Positions 19,894-28,659 of a stretch of DNA of 64,000 bases are shown piece after piece. The DNA comes from an uncultured Candidatus Saccharibacteria bacterium. GTDB taxonomy: Bacteria; Patescibacteriota; Minisyncoccia; Phycocordibacterales; Phycocordibacteraceae. Where the stretch lies: the NCBI GenBank assembly GCA_964652615.1, contig CAZZAT010000001.1, forward strand, positions 87,081-151,080, read 5' to 3'. The notes beneath the pieces are model-generated. The model was given only the letters and a program-made list of their open reading frames with translations, searched no databases and had not been told where the DNA came from. Position numbers and translations under genes: made by a program. Numbering within the stretch: the stretch's first letter is position 1; each line of letters begins with the position of its first letter.

Positions 19894-21792
19894 ATGTCCC
19901 CAGCACCAGCTCCCGCACCCGCGCCAGGCGAACGTCCTAGCACTACCCCAAGAAGCGACCGTCCTTTCCCTCCTCGCGGCCAAGGGAATCGAGGAGATCG
20001 CCGTAGAGGCGGCAGAAACTCGCGCGATATGCGCCGCCCGATGCGCCGTGGAGGCGCTCCTCAAGGAAACGGTGCACCTGCACCAAAACGCACTGCCGAA
20101 TATATTCCTGCTCCTGTCGACGAGAAAACAGTCCGTGTCATCCCGCTTGGAGGCGTGGAGGAAGTCGGACGCAACATGTTTCTCGTTGAGACCGGCAATG
20201 ACATTTTTGTCTGCGATGCAGGCTTTCAGTTCGTATCCGAAGACTCAAACCCTGGCGTCGACTACATCCTTCCCAATACCAAATATCTTGAAGTGAACCA
20301 GCATCGCGTACGCGCGGTCATCATTACGCACGGACACTTGGACCACATCGGCGGCATCCCCTTTCTTATGGGCCGCTTCGGCAATCCCCCTATCTACACC
20401 CAGAATCTCACCGCCGTGATGATCCAAAAGCGCCAAGAAGAGTATCCGGATATGCCAAAGCTCGATGTGCGCGTGGTAGAGCCAGGATCAACGCATACCA
20501 TCGGCGATACCAAAGTGAAGTTCTTCCCCGTCACCCACTCTATTCCAGACTCTATGGGCGTTTCTATCATGACGCCGTGGGGCAATATCGTTGCAACCGG
20601 AGACTTGAAACTCGATCATGATGGTACCGTCCCAGCTGAACACGAGCAGAAGAAGTGGGGTGAAATAGGAAAAGACAATAACCTCCTCTTTATTGCCGAC
20701 TCAACAAACGCAGAGCGCGACGGCTTCTCGGTTCCTGAAAAGAAAGTGCATCAGACTTTGGAAGACATTATTAAAACTGTATCGGGCCGCCTCATCATCG
20801 GCACCTTTGCTTCCCAGTTCGAGCGCATGGTGCGCATCATCGAAGCATCTGAAAAGCTCGGCAAGAAAGTCGTGCTTGAGGGTCGTTCGATAAAGACAAA
20901 TCTTGAAATCGCACAGAAGACGGGTCTTTTGAACATCCAGAAAGACACCATCATTCCTGCACAGGAGGTTGGCGACTACCCGCCGGATAAAGTGGTTATT
21001 CTCGCTACCGGCGCACAGGGAGAGGAGTTTGCAGCCCTTATGCGTATCGCAACCAAGCAGCATAAGAGCATCACGATGAGCCCGCGCGATACCGTTGTCC
21101 TCTCTTCTTCAGTGATTCCTGGAAACGAAATAAGCGTGCAGCGTCTCAAAGACAATCTCTACCGCAACGGCGTTACCTTAATTCACTATCGCTCATCGGA
21201 TGTGCACTCGACCGGCCACGGCAACGCAGGAGAATTGGTGTGGATTAATCAGCAGGTAGGCGCGAAGTTCTTCATGCCTGCCTACGGCTACTATTCCATG
21301 ACCTCCTGCCACGCCAAAGCAGTTGAGCAAGCAGGGCGTCCGCGCGATCAGATAGTTATCGCGGACAACGGCACGGTCATCGATTTCATTGAAGGAAAGA
21401 CGATGCAGGTGCATAAAGACAAGGTGCCGTCTTCCCCGCTTATGGTGGATGGCTTTGCTATCGGCGATATGCAAGAAGTCGTGATACGCGACCGCCAAGC
21501 GCTCGCAAAGGACGGTATGTTCGTCATCATCGCAACCGTGCATTTGAAGACTGGAAAGTTGCGCAAGTCCCCTGACATCATCTCTCGTGGCTTTATTTAC
21601 CTTCGCGAGAGCCAAGATCTTCTAAACCAAGCGCGCGTTCTTATCAAAAAGACGGTTGAAGATTCGACGCAAGGCATGAACCCGGTCGACCTCGACTATG
21701 TGAAGAATCAGCTTACCGACACCATGGCGGGATACCTCTTCAGCAGGACAAATAAAGCGCCGATGGTGATACCGGTGCTAATTGGAGTCTAG
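19894..21792 (+). CDS. rnj: Ribonuclease J (metallo-beta-lactamase / beta-CASP RNase) with an N-terminal Pro/Arg/Gly-rich extension
   Basis: VRVIPLGGVEEVGRNMFLVE, the HGHLDHIGG metallo-beta-lactamase motif, beta-CASP and C-terminal domains; first ~75 aa are low complexity (MSPAPAPAPAPGERP...RGGRNSRDMRRPMRRGG). Confidence 0.9.
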   Translation: MSPAPAPAPAPGERPSTTPRSDRPFPPRGQGNRGDRRRGGRNSRDMRRPMRRGGAPQGNGAPAPKRTAEYIPAPVDEKTVRVIPLGGVEEVGRNMFLVETGNDIFVCDAGFQFVSEDSNPGVDYILPNTKYLEVNQHRVRAVIITHGHLDHIGGIPFLMGRFGNPPIYTQNLTAVMIQKRQEEYPDMPKLDVRVVEPGSTHTIGDTKVKFFPVTHSIPDSMGVSIMTPWGNIVATGDLKLDHDGTVPAEHEQKKWGEIGKDNNLLFIADSTNAERDGFSVPEKKVHQTLEDIIKTVSGRLIIGTFASQFERMVRIIEASEKLGKKVVLEGRSIKTNLEIAQKTGLLNIQKDTIIPAQEVGDYPPDKVVILATGAQGEEFAALMRIATKQHKSITMSPRDTVVLSSSVIPGNEISVQRLKDNLYRNGVTLIHYRSSDVHSTGHGNAGELVWINQQVGAKFFMPAYGYYSMTSCHAKAVEQAGRPRDQIVIADNGTVIDFIEGKTMQVHKDKVPSSPLMVDGFAIGDMQEVVIRDRQALAKDGMFVIIATVHLKTGKLRKSPDIISRGFIYLRESQDLLNQARVLIKKTVEDSTQGMNPVDLDYVKNQLTDTMAGYLFSRTNKAPMVIPVLIGV

Positions 21793-21796
21793 AGCG

Positions 21797-21824
21797 AAGA
21801 GACCGTCCGAAAGGACGGTCTCTT
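21797..21824 (+). terminator. Putative terminator hairpin after rnj
   Basis: AAGAGACCGTCC-GAAA-GGACGGTCTCTT; the U-tract is weak. Confidence 0.45.
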
Positions 21825-21850
21825 GCTATATCAGAATAAGTGTGATATAG
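21823..21850 (+). promoter_or_regulatory. Putative sigma-70 promoter (TTGCTA-N16-TATAGT)
   Basis: Hexamers at 21823-21828 and 21845-21850; Shine-Dalgarno AGGGAGG precedes the ATG at 21878. Confidence 0.5.
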
Positions 21851-21877
21851 TCATTGTGTTAGCAAGGGAGGCCGTGA

Positions 21878-22075
21878 ATGGCTACAAGCAACGCAGAGCA
21901 AGTCTTCGAGGCAATCAAGGCTATGTCGTTGGCGGAGTTTACATCTCTGCTCGACCTCCAAGAAGACCTCGAGGACTCTGCAGATGCGGGCGAACCGGTG
22001 CATGTCATCGACTCGTTCGACGGGACCCAGTTCAGCATTGCTGATATCAAGGTTGAGCTGGTTCCTCATCCCTAA
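21878..22075 (+). CDS. Small acidic hypothetical protein (65 aa)
   Basis: Own promoter, strong Shine-Dalgarno and terminator; N-terminus (EQVFEAIKAMSLAEFTSLLDL) weakly resembles the L7/L12 N-terminal dimerisation helix, but the C-terminus is unrelated. Confidence 0.5.
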   Translation: MATSNAEQVFEAIKAMSLAEFTSLLDLQEDLEDSADAGEPVHVIDSFDGTQFSIADIKVELVPHP

Positions 22076-22080
22076 AGGCG

Positions 22081-22115
22081 CGCGGCGGGTCTCGCTTTGA
22101 CCCGCCGCGTTTTCT
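22081..22115. terminator. Bidirectional intrinsic terminator
   Basis: GCGGCGGGTC-TCGCTTT-GACCCGCCGC followed by GTTTTCTT; lies between convergent genes. Confidence 0.65.
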
Positions 22116-22939
22116 TATGCAGGCAGTTGAAACATTCCTTTCTTCTTTTCAATGAGCTTCTCGTTAAGAAGCTTCTCTATTTGGATGCGCATCTGCCCTT
22201 TCCTGTCGTCTCCCAGTATTCCAAGGAGATATGCTTCTGTTTGCGAATTCTTCGCAAGTGCTTTGAGTATCGCTCCGCGCGCTTCCCGAGAAGAGCCTCT
22301 AAAGGTGCTTTGTTTTGTATACCCTTTTGCTTTGCTGTTTATTCGTATACCGCTTCGCTTTAAGTGGGCGCCATAGTCCATAAGAGCGCTATACCACTCT
22401 CGTGCCTTTCCTTTTGGAAGAACTTTTAGAAGGAGTTCGAGCACATCTTTGTCATCTACCTTCTTCCTGTTCTTGAAAAAATGGTGCATCACCACAGTTC
22501 GTACGTTTGTTTCAACAAATGCAACATCTTCATTGTAGGCAAACGCAAGGACCGCGCGCGCCGTATACGGCCCCACCCCCGGCAGCGCTTCAAGTTCCTC
22601 AAGAGTCTTAGGGAAGCGTTTCTTTCTCACAATCTCTTTTGCAGCTTCGTGAAGCGCCTTCCCTCGTCGGTTATAGCCAAGCCCTTGCCATGCGCGAAGC
22701 ACTTCAGAAAGAGGAGCACGCGCAAGAGTATGTACAGTTGGAAACTGCTTCATCCATGCATGAAAGTACGAAAGCACGCGATCGACTTGCGTTTGCTGGA
22801 GCATAACTTCAGACACGAGAATACGATACGGATCTCGTGTCTTTCGCCACGGTAAATGGTGGCGTCCTTCTTTGGCGTAGTGGCTGAAAACTATCCTTCG
22901 AAAGCGAGCAAGCGCTGCCGCTTCACTCTTAGATTTCAT
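22115..22939 (-). CDS. HhH-GPD superfamily DNA glycosylase (MutY/Nth-like, no Fe-S cluster cysteines)
   Basis: Helix-hairpin-helix LPGVGPYTARAVLAFAY and a catalytic Asp region; no C-x6-C-x2-C-x5-C cluster. Confidence 0.7.
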   Translation of the reverse strand: MKSKSEAAALARFRRIVFSHYAKEGRHHLPWRKTRDPYRILVSEVMLQQTQVDRVLSYFHAWMKQFPTVHTLARAPLSEVLRAWQGLGYNRRGKALHEAAKEIVRKKRFPKTLEELEALPGVGPYTARAVLAFAYNEDVAFVETNVRTVVMHHFFKNRKKVDDKDVLELLLKVLPKGKAREWYSALMDYGAHLKRSGIRINSKAKGYTKQSTFRGSSREARGAILKALAKNSQTEAYLLGILGDDRKGQMRIQIEKLLNEKLIEKKKGMFQLPA

Positions 22940-23618
22940 AAATCACATCCTTGCGTTCAACGACGACTTTCCATTTGTGTTGAAGAGCATGGCGATACAA
23001 GAGGCGGTTTGGGTTAAAGGCAATGGGCGTCTCGGTCACCTGAAGCATTGAGATATCACTCTCGGTGTCTCCCACACCAATTGATCCGTGGAGTGTAAGG
23101 TTTTCCTTTTCAAGCACGCGTTTTAGCACTGCGCTTTTGTTCATGATGAGATGCTCTTCCGCTATGGTTCCCGTGAAGCGGTCTGATGCACCGCTTTCGT
23201 AGAACGTCCCATACGACTTATGAAACCCGAGCTCGTAGGCAAAACCATCTACGATGAACTTAGGCGAATGAGAAATGGCGAGAAGGTAGTAGCCTTTCTC
23301 TTTGTACTCATGCGCAAGATCGCGGGTATACCGATATACCCGATCTTTCTGTGCTTCGATGATTTCTCCTGCGATGTTTGCAACTTCCTCATACGAAACG
23401 CCTTTAGCGTGCGTACCAAACGCACGCACAACGCCATGAATAAAAGGACCGTACTCCCCTTTTCTGTTTTCCCAGTCGCGGCGCTCTCCTTCATAGGAGT
23501 CGCGAGCACTTACGGGGAATATGCCTCGGCGCACCAGCTCATCAACGAGCTCTATTAAAAGCGATGAGCGAAAGAGCGTTCCATCGATATCAAATACAGC
23601 AACGGGGCGGGGGTCCAT
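22929..23618 (-). CDS. HAD-superfamily hydrolase (subfamily IB-like)
   Basis: Motif I VFDIDGTLF, motif III lysine and a C-terminal GDTESD motif. Confidence 0.75.
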   Translation of the reverse strand: MDPRPVAVFDIDGTLFRSSLLIELVDELVRRGIFPVSARDSYEGERRDWENRKGEYGPFIHGVVRAFGTHAKGVSYEEVANIAGEIIEAQKDRVYRYTRDLAHEYKEKGYYLLAISHSPKFIVDGFAYELGFHKSYGTFYESGASDRFTGTIAEEHLIMNKSAVLKRVLEKENLTLHGSIGVGDTESDISMLQVTETPIAFNPNRLLYRHALQHKWKVVVERKDVIYEI

Positions 23619-23639
23619 ACATAAATCGTATCAAATAAT

Positions 23640-23664
23640 GAGCGCCCACCGAAGTGGGCGCTCG
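23640..23664 (-). terminator. Intrinsic terminator hairpin at the end of a long nth 3' region
   Basis: GAGCGCCCAC-CGAAG-GTGGGCGCTC; on the minus strand it is followed by AUUAUUUGAU. Confidence 0.5.
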
Positions 23665-23944
23665 CTGCTGGGAAAGTTACTCGGGACGATTGTACAGTGG
23701 TCCTGAAGTGTCTTCATGCCGGAATTCCTACAACTTCTCGCGAAGAAGTCTTCGGCTTGAACGCCTTTCGGCTTCCGCGACGATGTCCTGGTGGGCAATC
23801 CTCTAGAAAGACAGCTGACCCTCATACCCCTTACGAGGCATGGGACTCCGTTTTGGCATTTCCGGTTTCGGAACGATCTTCTGGCACTCGCCCGGGGCGC
23901 ACCCCAGCAGCAAAGCTAACTATACGCCCGCACCGCATCATGCG

Positions 23945-24604
23945 TCAACCAACGCTAGCCTTAGGCCAGATGGTAAGCGCCTTTGGGTAGAGTTTTGTAA
24001 GCGGATGGTCTTTGCAGTCGTGCGGGCGCGCCTTGCAGATATAGCGACCGTAGAGCACAAGGCCGTTGTTTACGTACTTCCAGTCTTTTTTAGGAATAAG
24101 GGCTTCAAGATCCTTTGATATCTTTTTTAAGTCTGTGTGCGTAGTCAGTTCAAAACGTAGCGCAAAGCGCTTTACATGCGTGTCGGTAGGGATGCCTTCC
24201 CAGAGGTCATAGAGTTCTCCAAGAATTACATGTGCGGTCTTATACCCAATACCAGGAAGAGCGGCGAGTTCTGTTTCTGTGCTTGGTATCTTCCCCTTAT
24301 GTTTTTCGACGACGAGGCGAGCCATCTCCCGCATCGCTTTCGCTTTCACGCGAAAGAACGGGATGGAAGAGATATCTTTCGTGAGTTCGGCAAGGGGTAC
24401 GCGAGCAAAGTCTTTTGGTGTCTTATATTTCTTCCAGAGCACCTTCGTCACATTGTTCACATGCTTATCCGTGCATTGCGCTGAAAGCATTACGCTCGCT
24501 ACGAGCTGGATAGGGGTGGTATAGAAAAGCTCGGTCTTGGGTACGGGATACGCTTTTTTAAGATACGCCACCATCTTCTTTGCCCGCTCTTTTTTTGCTT
24601 CCAT
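23945..24604 (-). CDS. nth: Endonuclease III (Nth)
   Basis: HhH-GPD motif LPGIGYKTAHVILGELY and a C-terminal Cys-containing region (ICKARPHDC); the likely start is MEAKKER rather than the ORF-track start. Confidence 0.82.
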   Translation of the reverse strand: MEAKKERAKKMVAYLKKAYPVPKTELFYTTPIQLVASVMLSAQCTDKHVNNVTKVLWKKYKTPKDFARVPLAELTKDISSIPFFRVKAKAMREMARLVVEKHKGKIPSTETELAALPGIGYKTAHVILGELYDLWEGIPTDTHVKRFALRFELTTHTDLKKISKDLEALIPKKDWKYVNNGLVLYGRYICKARPHDCKDHPLTKLYPKALTIWPKASVG

Positions 24605-24632
24605 GTGAGAGCACAGTAGCATGAACCCCGCC

Positions 24633-25022
24633 CTAACGGCGGGGTTCTCTTAGTATTCGACGTTGACGTTTTGGCGCCTCATGCAGAAGCGATGAGGCCA
24701 TGCCTGCCATATGCGCGGAAACTAAAATGAAGAGAAGTTGATATGCTTTTGCGCGCGATGTTCTGTCGAGTTTTGCTTTCTCAACACGCATAGCCCACGC
24801 ATCAAGCGCCTTATTAATGCGGCGCACGAAGCGAAGTGCTTCTTTTGAGGCGCCCAGTCCCTGACTTGCATACACGCCGTCACGCAGCCCACGTGCAATC
24901 AAAAGGACAACGTCTGCAGCAAAGCGGCAGTCGTCCTTCTGCCTGTGTCGGAAATACGCATCGCGCACGCAATATGGCAATTCGAAGAACTTTGTCGTTT
25001 CAGAAAAGCGAATGTCGGCCAT
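24633..25022 (-). CDS. Hypothetical basic protein (129 aa)
   Basis: ORF with coding-like composition; no recognised motif. Confidence 0.4.
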   Translation of the reverse strand: MADIRFSETTKFFELPYCVRDAYFRHRQKDDCRFAADVVLLIARGLRDGVYASQGLGASKEALRFVRRINKALDAWAMRVEKAKLDRTSRAKAYQLLFILVSAHMAGMASSLLHEAPKRQRRILREPRR

Positions 25023-25078
25023 TGCGTCTTCTCCCTCGTTCTGCTGCTAGGTATAGCGCAGAGTACTTTGAGGTGCAA

Positions 25079-26221
25079 CTACCGTTCTCCCCTACCAAAA
25101 GCAGAGCGGTAGAAAACAAACGAGAGAGCGCCAAGCGCAGCAAGAGAAAGAACAAACGACACAAGAGAGCCGACAAACGGGACAAGCGTAAGAAGATACA
25201 GCGCTACAGCACCAAGGAGCGCTGCTTTCCATGAGACAGACCAGCGCTTTGCAAGAAGACGCATAAGCAAGGCGCCTGCAAATATAGCGGCAAGCAGGTA
25301 GCTAAGGACTAGCGCGAGCAAATATGCTGCCCCGACAAGCGCCGCAATACCAATACCAACAAAGGTTGCAACAAGAAGAATGAGGAGAACTGGCGTCACG
25401 ATAAGCACGGCAAAGCCAAGGAGTACGAGAAGCGCAAAACGCTTCCATGAACGCATGAGTGCTTCTTTGGTAAGTAGGTGCGAAAAGGAAGGAAAGAGTC
25501 CTGCGAGTAGGCCTGCAGCAATGGCGCCTGCAAGAAGACGCACAAGGAGAAAGACACCAAGACCTGCAAGCGCAAATGTTTCTGCCTCTTTAGCTGTTGG
25601 AAGAAAGGCTGATGAGCCGGTATAGCGAACGCCTCCGTCAATGACCGCCGAAGAAGGAATGCCTGCTTCTTGTGGAGCATTGTACTCAAGTGCTCCTTTG
25701 ATCACGGTATTGTCGCCAAGCGTAACGTGATCTGATGCAACAATGTGTACATCAGAAAGAAACTCCCCCGAGAGGTATACGTTTGCGCCATACACGGTTA
25801 CCGGTCCAGTTGCTCCTCCACGAAGCTCGACCGTTCCTCCTGCAACTCGGATTTCCTTCCCCGTACCAGTCATAGTGACTGCAGCACCCAAAATAGCCAC
25901 ATCGCCGCCCACATCCCCTTCTATAAGAACGCGCCCTCCCGCAACGCGCACATCACCTCCTGTTCCTTCAGTTACTTCAACAGTCCCGCCAATTAAAAGC
26001 GCGTCGCCTGCAACAAAAGAATGGACCAGAAGCGAACCGGCAGCGGCAAGCAAATCTGCTGGGAGCGGGGCCGTAACGCGCACCTCTGCCCCCGCAAGGT
26101 ATGCGTTATCAGTCGGAGACACCGAAAGCTCCACGGTCTCATCTGCTGCAGTAGTTGCTCCAAATACGCCTAAGGGAGCGAGAAAGACGAGGGCGAGAAG
26201 GATAGTCCTTCCGTAAGTCAT
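25079..26221 (-). CDS. Secreted beta-helical repeat (bactofilin-like) domain fused to a C-terminal polytopic membrane domain
   Basis: Signal peptide MTYGRTILLALVFLAPLGVFGA (start moved to 26221); Gly-rich repeats GDVRVAGGRVLIEGDVGGDVAILGAAVTMTG... typical of polymer-forming bactofilin-type beta-helices; five or six TM helices at the C-terminus. Confidence 0.45.
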   Translation of the reverse strand: MTYGRTILLALVFLAPLGVFGATTAADETVELSVSPTDNAYLAGAEVRVTAPLPADLLAAAGSLLVHSFVAGDALLIGGTVEVTEGTGGDVRVAGGRVLIEGDVGGDVAILGAAVTMTGTGKEIRVAGGTVELRGGATGPVTVYGANVYLSGEFLSDVHIVASDHVTLGDNTVIKGALEYNAPQEAGIPSSAVIDGGVRYTGSSAFLPTAKEAETFALAGLGVFLLVRLLAGAIAAGLLAGLFPSFSHLLTKEALMRSWKRFALLVLLGFAVLIVTPVLLILLVATFVGIGIAALVGAAYLLALVLSYLLAAIFAGALLMRLLAKRWSVSWKAALLGAVALYLLTLVPFVGSLVSFVLSLAALGALSFVFYRSAFGRGER

Positions 26222-26225
26222 GCCC

Positions 26226-26672
26226 TTAGGGTACCACAGCTGGTTGATGCTTTGTATCGAGATACCAGGCAGCGCCAAGCGAGAGAAAAGCAATAACAGC
26301 TGACGCAATGCAGTAGATACACAACGCCTTGATGAGGACGAATTGTATAAAGAGGAACACAACGGAAAAGAGAGCGCCAAGCAAAGCAACAGTAAGGAGT
26401 GCGCGGTGACGTAGAAGCGTGTGTTTATGCCACGCTACAAGTACGGCAAGAAGAAGAAGTACGTAGAAAAGAACGCCTATATACGCAAGCGGTATCACAC
26501 CAAAAAGCTGCGAGTAGGGACTTTGAGCAACGATATTGCATCCATCAAGCCCTGCCCCTATATCACAAAACAATGCGCTATTAGTCATGGCTTTCTCGGC
26601 AAGATACAAGGAGTCGAGGAGTCCGAGAGCAGAGAGTACGGTAAGGAGCCCGAGGAGAGTTTTTCGTGCCAT
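26226..26672 (-). CDS. Vitamin K epoxide reductase (VKOR) family protein
   Basis: Loop cysteines CDIGAGLDGC and the active-site CIYC (CxxC) in the last TM helix, with 4-5 TM helices; start set at MARKTLLGLL (26672). Confidence 0.7.
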   Translation of the reverse strand: MARKTLLGLLTVLSALGLLDSLYLAEKAMTNSALFCDIGAGLDGCNIVAQSPYSQLFGVIPLAYIGVLFYVLLLLAVLVAWHKHTLLRHRALLTVALLGALFSVVFLFIQFVLIKALCIYCIASAVIAFLSLGAAWYLDTKHQPAVVP

Positions 26673-26698
26673 GATAGAGGGCATAGTATCATACGAAG

Positions 26699-27085
26699 AT
26701 GGAAAAGACGGAAGAAGAATGGAAAAAGGAACTTTCGCCTGAAGCATACGAGGTGCTACGCGAGCATGGCACTGAAGCTCCCTTCTCGGGAGAATATCTA
26801 GACAACAAAGAAGACGGTATGTATCGATGCCGTGCATGCGGGGCTGCTCTTTTCAGTTCGGAAGCTAAGTTCGACTCTGGCACAGGCTGGCCGTCATTTA
26901 CCGACCCTGCAGTAGCAGAGAATGTTGGCACACGCGAGGATGATAGGTATGGCATGCGTCGTACTGAAGTGTTCTGCAAAAACTGTGGCGGACATTTGGG
27001 ACATGTATTTAACGATGGTCCACAAGAAGCAGGCGGCAAGCGATACTGCATCAATTCAGTGTGTCTTGCGTTTGAAAAATCATAG
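26699..27085 (+). CDS. msrB: Peptide methionine sulfoxide reductase MsrB
   Basis: CRACGAALFSS...GWPSF...CKNCGGHLGHVF, with two CxxC zinc motifs and the catalytic Cys. Confidence 0.9.
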   Translation: MEKTEEEWKKELSPEAYEVLREHGTEAPFSGEYLDNKEDGMYRCRACGAALFSSEAKFDSGTGWPSFTDPAVAENVGTREDDRYGMRRTEVFCKNCGGHLGHVFNDGPQEAGGKRYCINSVCLAFEKS

Positions 27086-27088
27086 TGT

Positions 27089-28132
27089 ATGCGTGAAGGT
27101 CATATATCTGAAGGCATAAAGTTTGAAAGTGAGCGTCAAGCACACTCTCGTCTATGGCACGGAGCACGAGTAGCACTTGCGGCGCTTGTACTGCTTGCTC
27201 CTGCTCGTTCGCTTGCACAAGAGATTGAGGGACACGAGCGACCGCGGCTTGAAAGAGTGTATGAAGATAGGGACACTTTTCTCGAACGACTCTCAACTCA
27301 CGCACAGCAAGAAGAAAACGAAACAGCATGGGATCATGCAACGCGTGGAAACGAAGCTTTCTCTTTACATGTAGAAGAATATTCAACACCAACTAGCGTA
27401 TTTTCTGCTTTTGAGGAATCCGACGCACTACTGCTTGAAGGATATGCTGTGGAGCATTGCCACACCCATCCACCCTCTACAGAACAGCATGCTAGAGAAG
27501 CCGGACCAACCCCATCAAGCATCCCTTCTCCGCAGGATGTAGAATCCTATCTCTATGGAATGAATTCTGTTTTATTCCAACAGGCAGATGTCCGCGGCTC
27601 AACAGAAGAAGATTTGTTTGATGTAGCCGGACGATTCACGCATTGTGTCGTTACCCCCGATAGAGGGTACTGGACGATGCGTGCAGAAGACATTACACGC
27701 ATGGCGATAGCTGCTGATGACATCTCTGCTGAACGAGAAGCGTATATACGAACCTTCACTGATTTCCTTGACCGCACCTTGCGCTCACAGAGGATGCGGG
27801 TATTCTTTTCCGAAGCAATTCTTGAGAAAGAGCACGGATACTACACGTGGACGTCGATAGCTTCAGTAGTAGGTACTGTTGCACAACGCACCACAGCGAA
27901 TACTCTCCCTCCTGAATTAAAATCGTTTGCTGACGAACTCTTTTCTCTTGCGCGACCAGCGCTTCGCGAAGAGGCGTCCCAGATTTCAGTACTACGAAAT
28001 CTCGCACAAGACACCTTCAGGGAAGGTGATGCTGGTGTTGCTGCTATGGAGGCATACATTGCGCACGTACGCGAACATTTCGGCATACACATAGAGTGGT
28101 CTGACTTGCCGCAAGAGGAACATGCAAACTGA
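27089..28132 (+). CDS. Hypothetical secreted protein inserted between msrB and msrA
   Basis: 347 aa with a signal-like N-terminus (ALAALVLLAPARSLAQE) and no recognisable domain; overlaps the msrA start by 11 nt. Confidence 0.5.
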   Translation: MREGHISEGIKFESERQAHSRLWHGARVALAALVLLAPARSLAQEIEGHERPRLERVYEDRDTFLERLSTHAQQEENETAWDHATRGNEAFSLHVEEYSTPTSVFSAFEESDALLLEGYAVEHCHTHPPSTEQHAREAGPTPSSIPSPQDVESYLYGMNSVLFQQADVRGSTEEDLFDVAGRFTHCVVTPDRGYWTMRAEDITRMAIAADDISAEREAYIRTFTDFLDRTLRSQRMRVFFSEAILEKEHGYYTWTSIASVVGTVAQRTTANTLPPELKSFADELFSLARPALREEASQISVLRNLAQDTFREGDAGVAAMEAYIAHVREHFGIHIEWSDLPQEEHAN

Positions 28133-28658
28133 AACTGCAGTATTTGGAGCAGGGTGCTTCTGGTGCACAGAAGCTGTGTTCAAGATGCTTCGAGGCGTTA
28201 TTTCAGTTACCCCAGGATATGCAGGGGGAACGAAAGAGACCGCCAGCTACGAGCAGGTGTCGCAGGGTACCACTAAACAGGTAGAAGTTGCGCAGGTTGT
28301 GTATGATTCAACGCTTGTTCCCTATCGCACCCTCCTTACCATCTTCTTTGCCTCTCATGATGGAACGCAAATAAATAGACAAGGAAACGATATTGGACCG
28401 CAGTATCGCTCTGTCGTTTTTTATACGACACCAGACCAAAAGACAGAGGCTGAAGCGTTCATACAGGAACTAAATGCATCGACCAGCGAAGGAGCGCCTC
28501 TAGCAACTACGGTCGAGCCTTTGGAAGCATTCTTTCCTGCCGAGGACTACCATAAGGGCTATTACGAGAAGAATGCTTCTCGCGGGTACTGCCAAGTCAT
28601 TATTGCGCCGAAGCTTCAAAAGGTGCAGAAGGAGTTTGCCAAGCTTTTGAAACACTAA
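28122..28658 (+). CDS. msrA: Peptide methionine sulfoxide reductase MsrA
   Basis: AVFGAGCFWCTEAVF active-site motif. Confidence 0.9.
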   Translation: MQTETAVFGAGCFWCTEAVFKMLRGVISVTPGYAGGTKETASYEQVSQGTTKQVEVAQVVYDSTLVPYRTLLTIFFASHDGTQINRQGNDIGPQYRSVVFYTTPDQKTEAEAFIQELNASTSEGAPLATTVEPLEAFFPAEDYHKGYYEKNASRGYCQVIIAPKLQKVQKEFAKLLKH

Positions 28659-28659
28659 T

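Noticed and set aside
23640-23944. SRP RNA or tmRNA assignment
   Set aside because: Only a weak partial match to the helix-8 motif; the GNRA-capped helix with the conserved AGCAG loop is missing, as are tRNA-like ends.
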